Assembly: GCA_012862495.1 (NCBI GenBank)
Contig: BLSG01000296.1
Coordinates: 39,660 to 102,225, forward strand
Length of the DNA: 62,566 bases
Source: Thraustochytrium aureum
Lineage: Eukaryota
Reading direction: 5' to 3'
The notes under the pieces: model-generated
The model's database searches: none
Told to the model about the DNA's origin: nothing
What the model saw: the letters and a program-made list of their open reading frames with translations, nothing else
Position numbers and translations under genes: made by a program
Shown: piece by piece, positions 1-14,139 of the stretch
Position numbering within the stretch: the first letter of the stretch is position 1
Layout: each line of letters opens with the position of its first letter

Positions 1-166
1 CCTCTATAATATATATCCCCGCTGTTTATGCAACGGTCAAGTTTGGCCTTTCTCTCAGCCTTTACTTGTGGCATTCCTCCCGGTTAGTTAGGTTGGTCCG
101 GATTCACTCGTGTATGCGCTCGCAGGGTGCAGTGATGTGCCGGGGCAATTGGACAGCGGAGGCGTG

Positions 167-178
167 CAGGCAGGCATG

Positions 179-214
<36 letters not shown>

Positions 215-234
215 CGTGCAGGCAGGGCAGGCAG
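167..234. repeat. (GGCA)n tetranucleotide microsatellite, imperfect
   Basis: caggcaggcatgcaggcaggcaggcaggcaggcagg... upstream of the dynein start. It produces the spurious QAGR/PACL ORFs. Confidence 0.85.
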
Positions 235-432
235 ACACGCAAGAGGGAGCGCACCCAGCGGCCGAGGCAGCAGCCCCCGCGAGCGCGCACTTCGGAGCCG
301 AACAGGCCTGTTGCGCGGAGGCGCGTGCGTTGCTCGGGCTGCGCGCTTCGTCGCCTCGACCGTCGGTTGACGACCGAGACGAGCCAGAACCTCGCTGCCA
401 ACAAGTCGCTCGGTCGCTTGTTGTGCGAGGCA

Positions 433-3400
433 ATGGAAGGCAAGGAGGACGAGGCCGCCATGGAGGGCAAGGCAGGCGGGGAGGATGGGAAGGGCAAGCG
501 GACGGGCAGAGACTGCGTGTCGCCGAAAGCGCAAGCGGGACCGCAAAGGGGCATCATGAGCGAGGCGCTGGCGCTCGACAAGATCGAGCGGCCGTTCGAC
601 AGCGGCCGCGTGATAAGGAGCCCGACCAGCCCGACGATGAAGGTGCCAAAGCTGGCTGTGTTCAAGCCGATCTCCTTCGTGGCGTCCGGGTCAACAGCAC
701 TGCGGAAGAGCGGGGGCGGGCACGACGACCCGCGCTTCGAAACGAGCGAGCCGCACACCGTTGAAAGCGCAATCCTCCTGAAAGGCAGCGAGCCAAAGGT
801 ACAGGTCCCGCACGAGGCGCCCCCGGGCAAGGCGCCCCGCCGCGTCGAGGTGGAGCGCCTTAAGAAAGAGTATGCCGCGCAAAACATCGGCGCGCTGCTG
901 GAGCGCTCTGGCGTCGTCTTTGACGACGAAGCGCTCCTAGCTGCCACCGAACAGTCGCGAAACCAGGCCCAAGCCTCAGCGGCGGCAGACGCCGAGGCGA
1001 AAGGCGACCAAGCGGACGCCGGCGCAGCAAGCCCGAACGCAGCAAGCCCGAACGCAGCAGGCACAGCAGCAGCAGCAGCAGCAGNNNNNNNNNNNNNNNN
1101 NNNNNNNNNNNNNNNNNNNNNNNNNNNNNNNNNNNNNNNNNNNNNNNNNNNNNNNNNNNNNNNNNNNNNNNNNNNNNNNNNNNNNNNNNNNNNNNNNNNN
1201 NNNNNNNNNNNNNNNNNNNNNNNNNNNNNNNNNNNNNNNNNNNNNNNNNNNNNNNNNNNNNNNNNNNNNNNNNNNNNNNNNNNNNNNNNNNNNNNNNNNN
1301 NNNNNNNNNNNNNNNNNNNNNNNNNNNNNNNNNNNNNNNNNNNNNNNNNNNNNNNNNNNNNNNNNNNNNNNNNNNNNNNNNNNNNNNNNNNNNNNNNNNN
1401 NNNNNNNNNNNNNNNNNNNNNNNNNNNNNNNNNNNNNNNNNNNNNNNNNNNNNNNNNNNNNNNNNNNNNNNNNNNNNNNNNNNNNNNNNNNNNNNNNNNN
1501 NNNNNNNNNNNNNNNNNNNNNNNNNNNNNNNNNNNNNNNNNNNNNNNNNNNNNNNNNNNNNNNNNNNNNNNNNNNNNNNNNNNNNNNNNNNNNNNNNNNN
1601 NNNNNNNNNNNNNNNNNNNNNNNNCCAGGAGACCTTCAAAGACTTTTCGTTCCGGTCGCTCTTCACGCAAGGTGGCGTCATCGTAGCCATCGAAGCCATC
1701 AGCATCGAGTGCGTCAAAGTGCTCAAGAACAGCCTCTTCAACACAACTGTGCAAAAGAGCGTCAAGGTGGACGAGTTCCAGAACCTGCAGGGCACAGCCA
1801 CCGCCAACGCCGTTGCCTTTGTCAAGGGCAAGTGGACAATGGCGGTCAAAAACCACGTCCGCGCCAGCTTCAAAGACGTTGGCAAAGGCTGGTTCAACCT
1901 GCGCGAGAGCTCCACCGAGGTATACAACTTCAGCAAGCTCAAGCGGTTTTTCACGCTGATCAACTGCATGATGCAAGACTCGCTTCGATTCATGGTGATG
2001 CAGAGCTTGCACGACTACGTCAGTTTTATTCGCGCGGCAGCGGACGTCGTCGTTCGCATCGACTCTGCCACAGACGTTGACGTCACCTACCTCTACGCGG
2101 ACGGCGGCGCCTCCTCTGCTGCAGCGACAAAGCACCGCAGAGCTCCGCTATTTGCTCTCGACCTGGTCGTCGAGGAGAACAGCAACCTGGCAGGCAATGC
2201 CGCTGGCGACCTCGAGGCACCGGCGGCCCAGGCGGAAGGCGAGGCAGCCAGCGGCAACCACGCCCAGCACGCCGCTGGGGAGGATAGCAACCACAGCAAC
2301 TTAGATGCCGAGGCCGCTCCGACTGACGGCGAGGAGGGGCAAGCGTCGTCGCGCTCGCAGAAAGCCGAGGGCGAGGAAGGGTCAGAAGACGAGGACGCCG
2401 AGGCCGCCAAGGCCCCGCCGCCCGAGGTGGCACCCAACCGCTTCGTGATCAAATACAACCTGGACCCCTCCGTTTTTCTCAAGGTGCCGGTCCAGCTCTT
2501 TGTCAAGGCGATCGTGGCAATGCAAAACATCCCACGCGTCGAAAAGCAGGTCATGGACAAGCTTTTTTGGTCCGACGAGCCTGTCATCAACAGCGTCAGC
2601 CAGCACGAAGAATGGGTCGGCGAACTCTCAGAGCAAATCAAAGCGACCATGCACAAGGCCGTTGAACCGCTGCGGTGCTACCTCAAGCAGTACGATCAGC
2701 ACCTCGAGTTCCTCAACTTTGACATCGACGAGTTCATGATCGCCGTGGAAAAGGAGTGCCGCGCGGCCTCAGAGGAGGAGGACGAGGAGGAGGAAGACGA
2801 GCAAGCTGGCGACGGCGCCGAGGGTGGCGCCGTCAAGCGCCCCAAGGTCCTGGACCCGACCAAGGTCAAAGCCCTGATCGACAAGCACNNNNNNNNNNNN
2901 NNNNNNNNNNNNNNNNNNNNNNNNNNNNNNNNNNNNNNNNNNNNNNNNNNNNNNNNNNNNNNNNNNNNNNNNNNNNNNNNNNNNNNNNNNNNNNNNNNNN
3001 NNNNNNNNNNNNNNNNNNNNNNNNNNNNNNNNNNNNNNNNNNNNNNNNNNNNNNNNNNNNNNNNNNNNNNNNNNNNNNNNNNNNNNNNNNNNNNNNNNNN
3101 NNNNNNNNNNNNNNNNNNNNNNNNNNNNNNNNNNNNNNNNNNNNNNNNNNNNNNNNNNNNNNNNNNNNNNNNNNNNNNNNNNNNNNNNNNNNNNNNNNNN
3201 NNNNNNNNNNNNNNNNNNNNNNNNNNNNNNNNNNNNNNNNNNNNNNNNNNNNNNNNNNNNNNNNNNNNNNNNNNNTTCTCCGTCTCTTGCAGCAACTTGC
3301 GCAAGCTGCTCGAGCAAAAGCACCAGACCATCGTCGAGAAACTGCGCGCCTTGCTGAGCACGCGCACCGTCGAGCTGGGCAACTACCTGATGGACCAGTT

Positions 3401-6400
3401 CAACAGCATCAAGCGCGAAATCGAAAAGCCCGTCGATAACATCGAGCAGCTCACGGCACAGCAGAACTTCATGGAAGGCGTGCCTGGGCGCGTCAGCGAG
3501 CTTGAGGGCGACAGCCGCAAGATGTTCAAGTGCATGGACGTTCTCGAGCAGCTCTGGTTTCACTTCAGGACGCAGGACGAGTTCGACCTGCAGTGGTGCG
3601 TCTTCGGGGGCCCGAAGGAGATCGCCGAGGCGCTTGCCAAGGCGCAGGTTCGCAACGAGCGCACCAAGGTCTCGTACGCGGACCTGCAAAAGGAGGAGCA
3701 GGAGGCGTTCACCTTTGTCGTAGCGCAGCTGCAGCAGGACATCGAGGGTCTCGGCCAGTATGCCGACCTGGAGCGCATCAGCGTCATTTACAAGCGCATC
3801 CGCGATATCCGCGCCCGGCTCGACGACGCCGAGACAGAAGCCCGCAAGTTCAACTCGCGCGAGGTGCTCTTCGAGCTAGAAGTCACAGACTACGACGCCG
3901 TCAGCCAGCTCGACAAGGAGTTTGAAATCTACGAGACAATGTGGAAGGCGGCCAATGACTGGCTCGCCAATAGTGAGCGGTGGATGAGCGGCCACTTCGC
4001 TAGCCTCGACGCCGAGGAGATCGAGCGCGAAGTCACCGCGTACCACCGCAACCTTATCCGCAGCGCCAAAGCGTTCGAGCGCAAGGGCCAGGACGACGTG
4101 GCCAAAGTTGCGGAGACGATCAAGGACCAGGTCGAAGCCTTCAAGCCAGCCGTGCCGCTCATCATGGCGCTGCGCAACCCGGGCATGCGCGAGCGCCACT
4201 GGAAGCAGATCAACGCCAAGCTGGGGTACGCCACCAAGCCCGTGCTCAGCCCGGACGACCCCGCCTTTACGCTCAAGCTGCTGGTCAGCGAAGACCTTGG
4301 CCTCCTCACAGACCTGAGCAAGGGGGACATGATCGTCAAGTGCGGCGAGGTGGCCGCGAAGGAGTTCCAAATCGAGGTCGCCATGGACAAGATGGAGCGC
4401 GAGTGGAAGGGCGTCAACCTGGACATTGTTGCTTACAAGGAAACGGGCACATTTGTGCTGCGCGGCTTCGACGAGCTGCAGGCCCTCCTTGACGAGCACA
4501 TCACCATGACGCAAGCCATGATGTTCAGCGCCTTCAAGGGCCCCTTCGAGGACCGCATCGAAAAGTGGAACCAGACCCTCGCCGTTGTTAGCGAAGTGCT
4601 GGACGAGTGGATGGCCGTGCAGCGCAACTGGCTATACCTTCAGCCCATCTTCGACTCGCCCGACATCAACAAGCAGCTCCCCACGGAGGGCAAGCGGTTC
4701 GCCACGGTGGACAAGAACTGGCGCTCCACGCTTGCCGCCGCCTTCGAAAAGCCGCTCGCCATCAAGTTTTGCGCAGACGAGCGCCTCTTGGACCGCTGGG
4801 TGGAGTCCAACAAGTTTTCTCGACATGGTCAGCAAGGGACTGAGCGACTACCTCGAGACGAAGCGGAGCGCCTTCTCGCGCTTCTACTTTCTCAGTAACG
4901 AGGAGCTCTTGGAGATCCTCAGCCAGACCAAGGACCCCACCATGGTGCAGGCGCACTTGAAAAAGTGCTTTGAGGGCATCAAGCGCGTCCACTTTGACGA
5001 AAACCAGGTCATCACAGACATGTTCAGTTCCGAGGGCGAGCAGGTGCAGCTCAGCAGCCCCATCGACCCGGACGGGGTCAACGTCGAGGACTGGATGACC
5101 ATGCTCGACAACACCATGAAGCAAAGCGTCAAGGAGGTGCTCTACGCTTCGATGCTAGAGTACCTCGAGATTCCGCGCACGGCGTGGATCCAAAAGGTCC
5201 CTGGCCAGTGCGCTATCAACGGGTCGCAGTTCCACTGGACGCGCGAAATCGAGGAGGGCATCCTCGAGCGCGGCGCCGAGGGCGTCGCTGACTGCTTTGA
5301 CCAGCAAGTGCGCCAGATCAACGACATGGTCGAGCTCGTGCGCGACCCCAACCTGAAAAAGATGGCCCGCATCACCCTGTCTGCTTTGACTGTGATTGAC
5401 GTGCACGCGCGCGACGTGACAGAAAAGCTCAAGGAAGCTCGCATCGACGACAAGGAAGCCTTTCTGTGGATCTCGCAGATGCGCTTTTACTGGGAAGATG
5501 GCGCCGCCCTGGACGGCGACATGAAGGTCATGATGGTCAGCTCCCGCCGCCCCTACGGCTACGAGTACCTGGGCAACTCGTTCCGCCTCGTGATCACCCC
5601 GCTCACAGACAAGTGCTACCTCACGCTGATGAGCGCGCTGCAGATGACGCTGGGAGGGGCCCCCGCCGGGCCTGCCGGGACGGGCAAGACCGAGACCACC
5701 AAGGACTTGGCCAAAGCGCTCGCCAAGCAGTGCGTCGTCTTCAACTGCTCTGACGGCCTCGACTACCTGGCCATGGGCAAGTTCTTCAAGGGCCTGGGAA
5801 GCTGCGGTGCCTGGGCGTGCTTCGACGAGTTCAACCGCATCGACGTGGAGGTGCTGTCTGTGGTGGCGCAGCAGATCATGACCCTCCAGCACGCTGCCAA
5901 AGCCGGGCTCGACAAGATCGAATTCGAGGGCACCATCATTCGCATGAACGACCAGTTTGCGGTCTACATTACCATGAATCCCGGGTACGCAGGGCGCACA
6001 GAGCTGCCAGACAACCTCAAGGCGCTCTTCCGCCCGGTGGCCATGATGGTGCCCGACTATGCCCTCATCGGCGAAATTATGCTCTACTCGTTCGGCTACG
6101 CCAAGGCGCGCATCTGCGCGAAGAAGATGGTCGCCACCTTTCAGCTCTGCTCCGAACAGCTCTCAAGCCAGGATCACTACGATTACGGGATGCGCGCGGT
6201 GAAGACGGTGATCGTCGCTGCGGGCAACCTAAAGGCGGCCGAGCCCACCGCAGACGAGGAGGTCCTGCTGCTTCGCGCGCTGCAGGACGTCAACTTGCCA
6301 AAGTTCCTCAGCCACGACTTGCCGCTCTTCAAAGGCATCATCTCCGACCTGTTCCCGGGCCTGTCGCGCCCCGAGATCGACTACGGCCAGTTGCTCAAGT

Positions 6401-9400
6401 GCCTCAAGCTCACGTCGGAGAAGATGGGCCTCCAGCCGGTTCCTTTTTTTATGGAGAAGTGCATCCAGCTTTATGAGACCATCGTGGTGCGCCACGGTCT
6501 GATGCTTGTCGGGCCCACAGGGGGTGGCAAGTCGTGCAACGTAGAGTGCCTGGACGGGACCTTGTGCCTCCTCAAAGAGCGCGGTGTGGAGGGCTTCGCC
6601 TTCGAGAACATCGTGCGCCACAGCCTCAACCCAAAGTCGATCACCATGGGCCAGCTCTACGGTGAGTTTGATCCCAATACGCACGAGTGGCAGGACGGCA
6701 TCTTGGCCTGGCTCGTGCGAGAGTGCGCCAAGAGTACCACGATGGACCGAAAGTGGATCGTGTTTGACGGCCCCGTCGACGCAATCTGGATTGAGAACAT
6801 GAACACCGTGCTGGACGACAACAAAAAGCTCTGCCTCAACTCTGGCGAGATCGTGGCGCTCAGTCCCGAGATGACCATGATGTTTGAGGTCGAGGACCTC
6901 GAGGTGGCCTCGCCTGCGACTGTGAGCCGCGTGGGCATCGTCTACATGGAGCCTCACACGTTGGGCCTGGCCCCAGTGCAGCGGAGCTGGCTGGAGCGAC
7001 TGCCGGACGCTTGCGCAAAGCCCGCATTCCTCACCAAGCTCCAGGACCTCTTCGACCGCTACATCAAGAGCGTAATCTGGTTCATGCGCCGAAACCTGCA
7101 CGAGCCGGTGCCAACGTGCGACAACGCGCTCAACGCGTCGCTACTGAAGGCTCTCGACTGCTACTTTGCCGCCTTTCAGGTGGCCGAGGGGCAGGATGGC
7201 CCCAGCAAGGCAAAGGTGGCCGAGCTGCTCGAGGACCTCGAAGCCACCTTTTTGTTCTGCATGGTCTGGTCGCTCTGCTGCACGGTCGACGAGCCAGGGC
7301 GCGTCAAGATGGACTCGTACGTGCGCACGCTCATGTCTTCGCACAGCTGCGCCTTTTCCTTCCCGGAGGAGCCGGGCACCACAATTTACGACTACATGTG
7401 GGGCCTGCCCGTGGACGCGCAGCCCGACGACAGCGGCAAGTTGCCGCGCAAGCGCTGGGTCAAGTGGATGGAAACCATTCGGCCCTTTACCTGCGACGCA
7501 GACCTCTCGTTCCACGAGACCATCGTGCCCACCAAGGACTCGGTCTGCTACACGTATCTGATTGATCTTTTCATGCGGAACGGCAAGCACCTGCTCATGA
7601 CCGGCCCCACCGGGACTGGCAAGACGGTCAATATCAACACGCACATCAGCAACGGGCTGCCGGCCAACTTTGTTCCCCTGCCGCTCACGTTTTCGGCCCA
7701 GACAAGCGCCAACCAGACGCAGGACCTCATCGATGGCAAGTGCGAAAAGCGTCGCAAGGGCGTGTACGGCCCGCCGGCGGGCAAGCAGTACATCGTCTTC
7801 ATCGACGACCTCAACATGCCCAAGCGCGAAGAGTACTTTGCGCAGCCCCCCATTGAGATCATTCGTCAGTGGTTCACCTACGGCGGGTGGTACGACCGCA
7901 AGGCGTTGAGCTTCAAAAAGCTGATCGACATGACCATGATCGCTGCCATGGGCCCGCCCGGGGGCGGTCGCAACCCAGTGACGGCTCGCCTCATCCGGCA
8001 CTACACAGTCGTCAACTACACAGTCATGAGCGACGAGTCCATGGTGAGCATTTACAGCTCGATTCTCAGCGCGTTCCTGTCTGGCGGGTTCGACCAAAAG
8101 CTGCGCGACCTCGGAAATCCCATCGTCCACGCCACGATTGACGTGTTCCAGACGATCTGCCGCGAGCTCTTGCCCACGCCTGCAAAGTCTCACTACACGT
8201 ACAACTTGCGCGACGTGGGCAAGGTCTTCCAGGGCCTCCTCATGATCAACGCGAAGCGGGTGCAGACGCGTGAGCAGCTCGTCAGGGCCTGGATGCACGA
8301 GTCGCGCCGCGTGTTTGCCGATCGGCTCATCAACGACGAGGATCGCGGGTGGTTTGACGCGCAAATGTTGCGACGCATCGCTGACGACCTCGGCATCCCC
8401 TGAAGCCGATCTGACGTCTGGCGGAGCGGACATGGAAAACTTGCTCTTTTGCGACTTTGGAGCCGGGAGGCGGCGGCGAGCCGTGCTACGAAGAAGTCAC
8501 CGACGTGAGCGGCCTTATCCCCGTCGTGGAGGAGTTTCTCGTTGACTACAACGCCGAGTCGAAGAGCCCAATGAACTTGGTCATGTTCATGGACGCGGTC
8601 AAGCACATCTGTCGCATCACGCGCGTTTTGCGGCAGCCCCTCGGCAACGTTCTCCTCCTGGCGTCGGCGGGTCTGGTCGCCAGAGTCTGACCAAGCTGGC
8701 CACGTTTATCTGCGACTACTCTTTGTTCCAGGTGGAGATCGTCAAAGGGTACGGGATGGCCGAGTGGCGCGACGACGTGAAAACGGCGCTTCTCAAGGCC
8801 GGCCTCGAGGACAAGCAGGTGTCCTTCCTCTTCGTTGACACGCAGATCATCGACGAACAAATGCTTGAGGACATAAACGGCGTGTTGAACAGCGGCGACA
8901 TTCCCAACTTGTACGCCGCCGAAGACCTGGAGAGCATCATGAGCGCCTGCAAGATTGAGTGCACCAAAAAGCGCATCCAGCCCACCAAAATCAACATCTA
9001 CACCCAATTCCTGGTGCGCGTGAAGCGCAACATCCACGTGTGCATGTGCATGAGCCCGGGCACCGCCGTGTTCCGTGACCGGCTGCGCATGTTTCCCTCC
9101 CTCCGTCAACTGCTGCGCCATCGACTGGTTTTCCGAGTGGCCCGAGGAGGCCCTTCGCAGCGTGGGCATGGGCATCATGCAAGAGGTCGACCTCAAGCTT
9201 GGCGACCACCTCAGCAACATCGTGGAGCTCTTCAAGGTGTTTCACCAGAGCGTGGCGGAGGCGAGCGTCGACTACTATGCGAGTCTGCGCCGCTACAACT
9301 ACGTGACTCCAACCTCCTACCTTGAGCTGCTCAACACGTTCAAGGTGCTGCTTCAAAAGAAGCGCGTGCAGGTGGGCGGCCTCGTGTCGAGGCTGCAGAC

Positions 9401-12400
9401 CGGTCTGGACAAGCTCCTCAGCACGAGCACGATGGTGGCCGAGCTTCAGGAGGAGCTGACAGCCATGCAGCCCTCGCTCGTCAAGACGCAGGCCGAGGTG
9501 GAGGAAATGATCAAGCAAATCGCCATCGACAAGGAGGCTGCAAAGGAGACGATGGACTGCGTCGCCGTCGAGGAGGCCGAGGCAGAAAAGAAGGCTGCCA
9601 AGACCAAGGCGATCGCCGACGACGCCCAGCGCGATCTCGACGAGGCGTTGCCAGCTCTGGACCAGGCCGTCGCGTGCTTGAACAAGCTCAAGAAGGCCGA
9701 CCTGGACGAGGTCAAGTCGCTCAAGACCCCGCCCAAGGGTGTCAAGCTCACCATGGAGGCTGCCTGCATCATGTTTGGAGTCAAGCCAGTGATGGTGAAC
9801 GACCCGGACTCGGTTGGCAAGAAGGTGAAGGACTACTGGGTTGCCGCCAAGAACACGCTGCTGCAGAACGCCAATCAGCTCCTCATGGACTTGATGAACT
9901 TTGACAAGGACAACATCCCCGAAAAGGTGATCGAGCTAATCGAGCCGTACATCGAGATGCCCGAGTTTACTCCAGCAGAGATCGAAAAGGCCAGCAAGGC
10001 CTGCACAGCGATTTGCATGTGGACCCGGGCCATGTTCAAGTACCACAGCGTAGCCAAGGCGGTCGAGCCCAAGAAGGCTCTGCTGGCCGAGGCGCAAGCT
10101 GAGCTTGAGGTGACGATGAGCTCGCTGAACGACGCCCGTACCCGCCTCAAGGGGGTGCAGGACCAGATCCAGCAGCTCGAGAACGAGTTTGAGAAGTCAA
10201 ACACAAAGAAGCTCCAGCTCGAGGCCGACGTGGAGCAGTGCGCCGGTCGCCTCGGCCGCGCAAAGACGCTGATTGGTGGACTGGGCGGGGAGCGCGATCG
10301 CTGGACCTCGTCCATTGAGCAGCTCAAGGTGGACTACGTCAACCTAATCGGGGATGTGCTCATCTCGAGCGGGGCCATCGCCTACCTCGGGCCCTTCACT
10401 TCGACGTTCCGCACGGCGCTCACCGAGCGCTGGCTGCAGGAGCTGGAGCGGCTCAGCCTCCCCTCACACGCCAGGCGTGGACATCGTCAAGACGCTGGGC
10501 GACCCCGTTACGGTGCGCGCGTGGAACATCTGCGGGCTCCCCAGCGACGCCCACTCGACGCAAAACGGGATTGTCATGTCCGAGGCGCGCCGCTGGCCGC
10601 TGCTGATCGACCCGCAGACGCAGGCCAACCGCTACTTGAAGAACCTGGGCCGCGACAAGGCGCACGCGCCGAACGGGATCGAGGTCGTCAAGCAGAGCGA
10701 CAAGAACTACGTGCGCGCTCTGGAGAACGGCGTGCGATTCGGCAAGTGGGTTTTGATGGAGAACGTGGGCGAGAAGCTAGATGCCGCGCTCGAGCCCGTG
10801 CTCCTCCAGCAGACGTTCCGCCAGGGCTCGCAGCTCATGATCCGCCTCGGGGAGAGCACGATCCCGTACAACGAGAACTTTAGGTTCTTCATGACCACCA
10901 AGCTGCCCAACCCGCACTACCCGCCCGAGGTGGCGGTCAAGGTGAGCCTTCTCAACTTTAGCATCACGCCCAAGGGGCTGGAGGACCAGCTCCTTGGTGT
11001 GGTGATGGTCACGGAGCTGCCCGAGAAGGAGGAGAAGAAAAACGCGCTCGTGGTCAACAACGCGCGGATGGCCAAGGAGCTCAAGGACCTGGAGGATTTG
11101 ATCCTTTCCATGCTGAGCAATTCGCAGGGCAACATCCTGGACGACGCCCAGCTTATCGACACGCTCGCAAGCTCAAAGGCGACCTCGCAGGAGATCAACG
11201 AAAAGGTGGCCGAGGCCAAGATCACCGAGTGCGAGCTCGACGAGGAGCGCGAGCACTATCGCCCCGTGGCGTACCGCGGGAGTTTGCTGTTCTTCTCGAT
11301 TTCGGAGCTGCGCAACATCGACCCGATGTACGAGTACTCGCTGCAGTTTTTCGTGGGGCTGTTTCGCAACGCGATTCTCAAGAGCGAGCACCCGGAGGAC
11401 CCCACGGACGTGGCGCGCCGCATCGAGCTGCTCAACGACTTTTTCACCTTCTCGCTGTACCAGAACATCTGTCGCAGTCTGTTTGAGAAGGACAAGCTGT
11501 TGTTTAGTTTTTCGCTGGTGATCAAGGTGCTCCAGGGCGACGGCAAGGTGGACGACTCGACGTGGCGGTTCCTCCTGAGCGCGCAGGCGCCGAAGATGCG
11601 TGCCAGCAAGCTGGTTGAAAAACCGCCCAGCCTCGACTGGGTCACCGCGCAGATGTGGAGCCAGGTCCTGACGATGAGCGAGGGCCTCGACGCCTTTGAG
11701 GGCTTTGCAGAGCGGTTTGCCGCGGACGGCGAGGCGTGGCGCGGCTTTTTCGAGAGCGAGAGCTGTTTCAAGGACAAGCTGCCTGGGGGCTACGACGTGT
11801 CGCTCAACATGCTTGAGAAAATGTGCGTTGTGCGCAGTTTGCGGCCCGACAAGGTCGTCGAGAGCGTGCAGCAGTTCGTGTCGGCCCACTTTGGCCAGCG
11901 CTTTATCGAGCCCCCGCCGTTCGACATCGAGTGCAGTTTCGCCGACTCTAGCGTGGTCACGCCGCTCATCTTTGTCCTCACCTCTGGCAGTGATCCGACC
12001 AAGGACTTTCTCACGTTTGCGGAGGCGAGCGGGCGCAAAGTGAGCTCAATTTCCCTCGGGCAGGGCCAGGGCCCGCTGGCGGAGAGCCTCATTGAGCAGG
12101 GCACGAGCCGTGGAAACTGGGTTTTGCTGCAGAACTGCCATCTGGCCAAGAGCTGGATGTCCAAGCTGGAGCAGATTTGCGAGGAATTCGACCCGGACCT
12201 AACCCACCAAGACTTTCGGCTTTGGCTCACAAGTATGCCCAGCAAGACGTTCCCGGTGGCCGTGCTCCAGGCAGGCATCAAGATGACCAAGGAGCCCCCC
12301 AAGGGGTTGCGCGCAAACCTCAAGTCGGCGTACTACACGCTCGACGAGGTCCAGATCTCGGCCACAGACAAGCCCGAGGTGTACCGCAAGCTCTTGTTCG

Positions 12401-13779
12401 GGCTCTGCTTCTTCCACGCGCTAATTCAGGAGCGGCGCAAGTTTGGCGCGCTGGGCTGGAACATCCCGTACGAGTTTAACGAGACGGACCTGGACATCTC
12501 CATGAAGCAGCTCGAGCTCTACGTGGAGAAGTACCAGCAAGTTCCCTTTGAGACGCTCAACATTCTCGTGTCGCGCATCAACTATGGCGGCCGGGTCACC
12601 GACGCGATTGACACGCGGACGATCGACGTGATCCTGCGCACCTTCCTCTGCCCTGGCGTCCTGACAGACGAGTATGCGTTCAGCGAGTCTCAGGTCTACT
12701 ACTCGATCCCGGTTACCGGGGAGGACGTCAAGCAGTGCTACCTTGACTACATCGAGTCGCTGCCGGTGAACAGTGAGCCCGAGGTGTTTGGGCTCCATTC
12801 GAACGCCAGCATCAGCTTTGCGATCCAGGAAACTTCCCTGCTCTTCGACACCCTGCTGCTGCTGCAGCCAAAGAGCTCGAGTAGCGGCGCCAACCCGCGC
12901 GAGCAGGCCATCGCGGCGTTTTGCGACGAGACCTTGGAGCGGCTCCCGGACAACTTTGACCTGGAGGCAATTGCCATGGCTTACCCGACCCGGTACGACG
13001 AGTCGATGAATACCGTGCTTCTGCAGGAGGCCACGCGGTACCAAGCTCTGCTCGATGTCGTCAAGGCCACGCTGCCGCAGCTCAAGCGCGCGCTGAAGGG
13101 CCTTGTGGTGCTCAGCGCGGAGCTCGAGGCCATGGCTGACGCCATCTTCACACAGCGCGTCCCCGTCAGTTGGGAAGCTAAGGCGTACCCTTGCTTGAAG
13201 CCGCTCACCGGGTGGGTTGACGAGTTCCTGGAGCGGCTAAACTTTTTGCGGCTGTGGGTGCAGGATGGCAACCCGCCAGCGTACTGGCTGTCGGGTTTTT
13301 TCTTCCAGCAGGCGTTTTTGACTGGGCAACTGCAGAACTTTGCGCGTGCCAAGGGGTATGCTATTGACACCTGCTCCTTTGTGCACAAGTTTCCCCGCGG
13401 CTCGAACTCGAGGACGTCACGGCCAAGCCCGAGACGGGCTGCTACGTGCACGGTCTTTTCATTGAGGGCGCGAGGTGGGGACAAGGAGGCAGGGATGCTG
13501 GCGGCATCCAAGCCCAAGGTGCTCTATGAGGCCATGCCGGTGATCCGTCTCGACCCAGAGCAGCATCGCGAGGAGGTCAAGGAGAACGTGTATCGCGCGC
13601 CACTCTACAAGGTGCTCTCTCGCGCCGGGACGCTCTCCACCACTGGCCACAGCACAAACTTTGTGATGTGGATCAGCGTGCCTGCTCGGGGCACGGAGAT
13701 CGTCAACAACCGCGACCTGAGCGACATTTCCGAGTACATCAAGGCTGGCGTGGCCTTGTTCTGTTCGCTCAAGTTTTGA
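433..13779 (+). CDS. DNAH1: Axonemal inner-arm (monomeric) dynein heavy chain, DNAH1-like; split by N-gaps and several 1-nt indels
   Basis: The N-terminal EPKVQVP..PGKAPRRVEVERLKKEY..IGALL motif is typical of DNAH1. The linker has WMAVQRNWLYLQPIFDSPDI. P-loops are AAA1 GPAGTGKTET, AAA2 GPTGGGKS, AAA3 GPTGTGKT and AAA4 (G)VGGSGRQS (frameshifted at ~8660). Also present: the stalk, AAA5 RWPLLIDPQ, AAA6 LTSGSDP/WVLLQNCHL, and C-terminal GTLSTTGHSTNFV..GVALFC. It is assembled from ORFs 325-1686, 1719-4898, 4585-8403, 8457-8690, 8723-9325, 9075-10883 and 10354-13779. The ATG at 433 is inferred. Confidence 0.95.
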
Positions 13780-14139
13780 TTGATGTTAGATGCGATGTGG
13801 CGAAACCAAGCGAGGACCTGGGCACACGCCGCAGCGTCAAACTCTACGACTGGCTGCGGTCGTCGATTGCGAAACCCAAACAGCAGAAGTCCGCAAGATG
13901 CGCCGTGCAGCCTCGCTGCCGCGGTGCCCTTGCGCAGTGTACTCTATCCGACACATCCACCCCTCCCTCCATCCCATCCCATCCAAACACCTCAGAACAC
14001 GCTCGCGATCGAGCAAGAACAAGACAAACAGCATCAACATAGAGTACCCTACCCCGTGCTCGAGCAAGAAAGAACAAAACAAACATCACATTTCATGAAC
14101 ATCCGCCCTTGCCCGACGCTATAGCTTGAGCGGCTTTCC

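Noticed and set aside
66..764. ORFs with QAGR/PACL repeats
   Set aside because: They are translations of the (GGCA)n microsatellite.
7141..8433. Long antisense ORFs over dynein, NEK, Kir, VPS13 and GATase
   Set aside because: They are the expected shadows of GC3-rich coding sequence and carry no recognisable motifs.
433..13779. Dynein as a pseudogene or programmed-frameshift gene
   Set aside because: Motifs and codon bias are intact, there are no nonsense substitutions once indels are corrected, and the same indel pattern affects unrelated genes.
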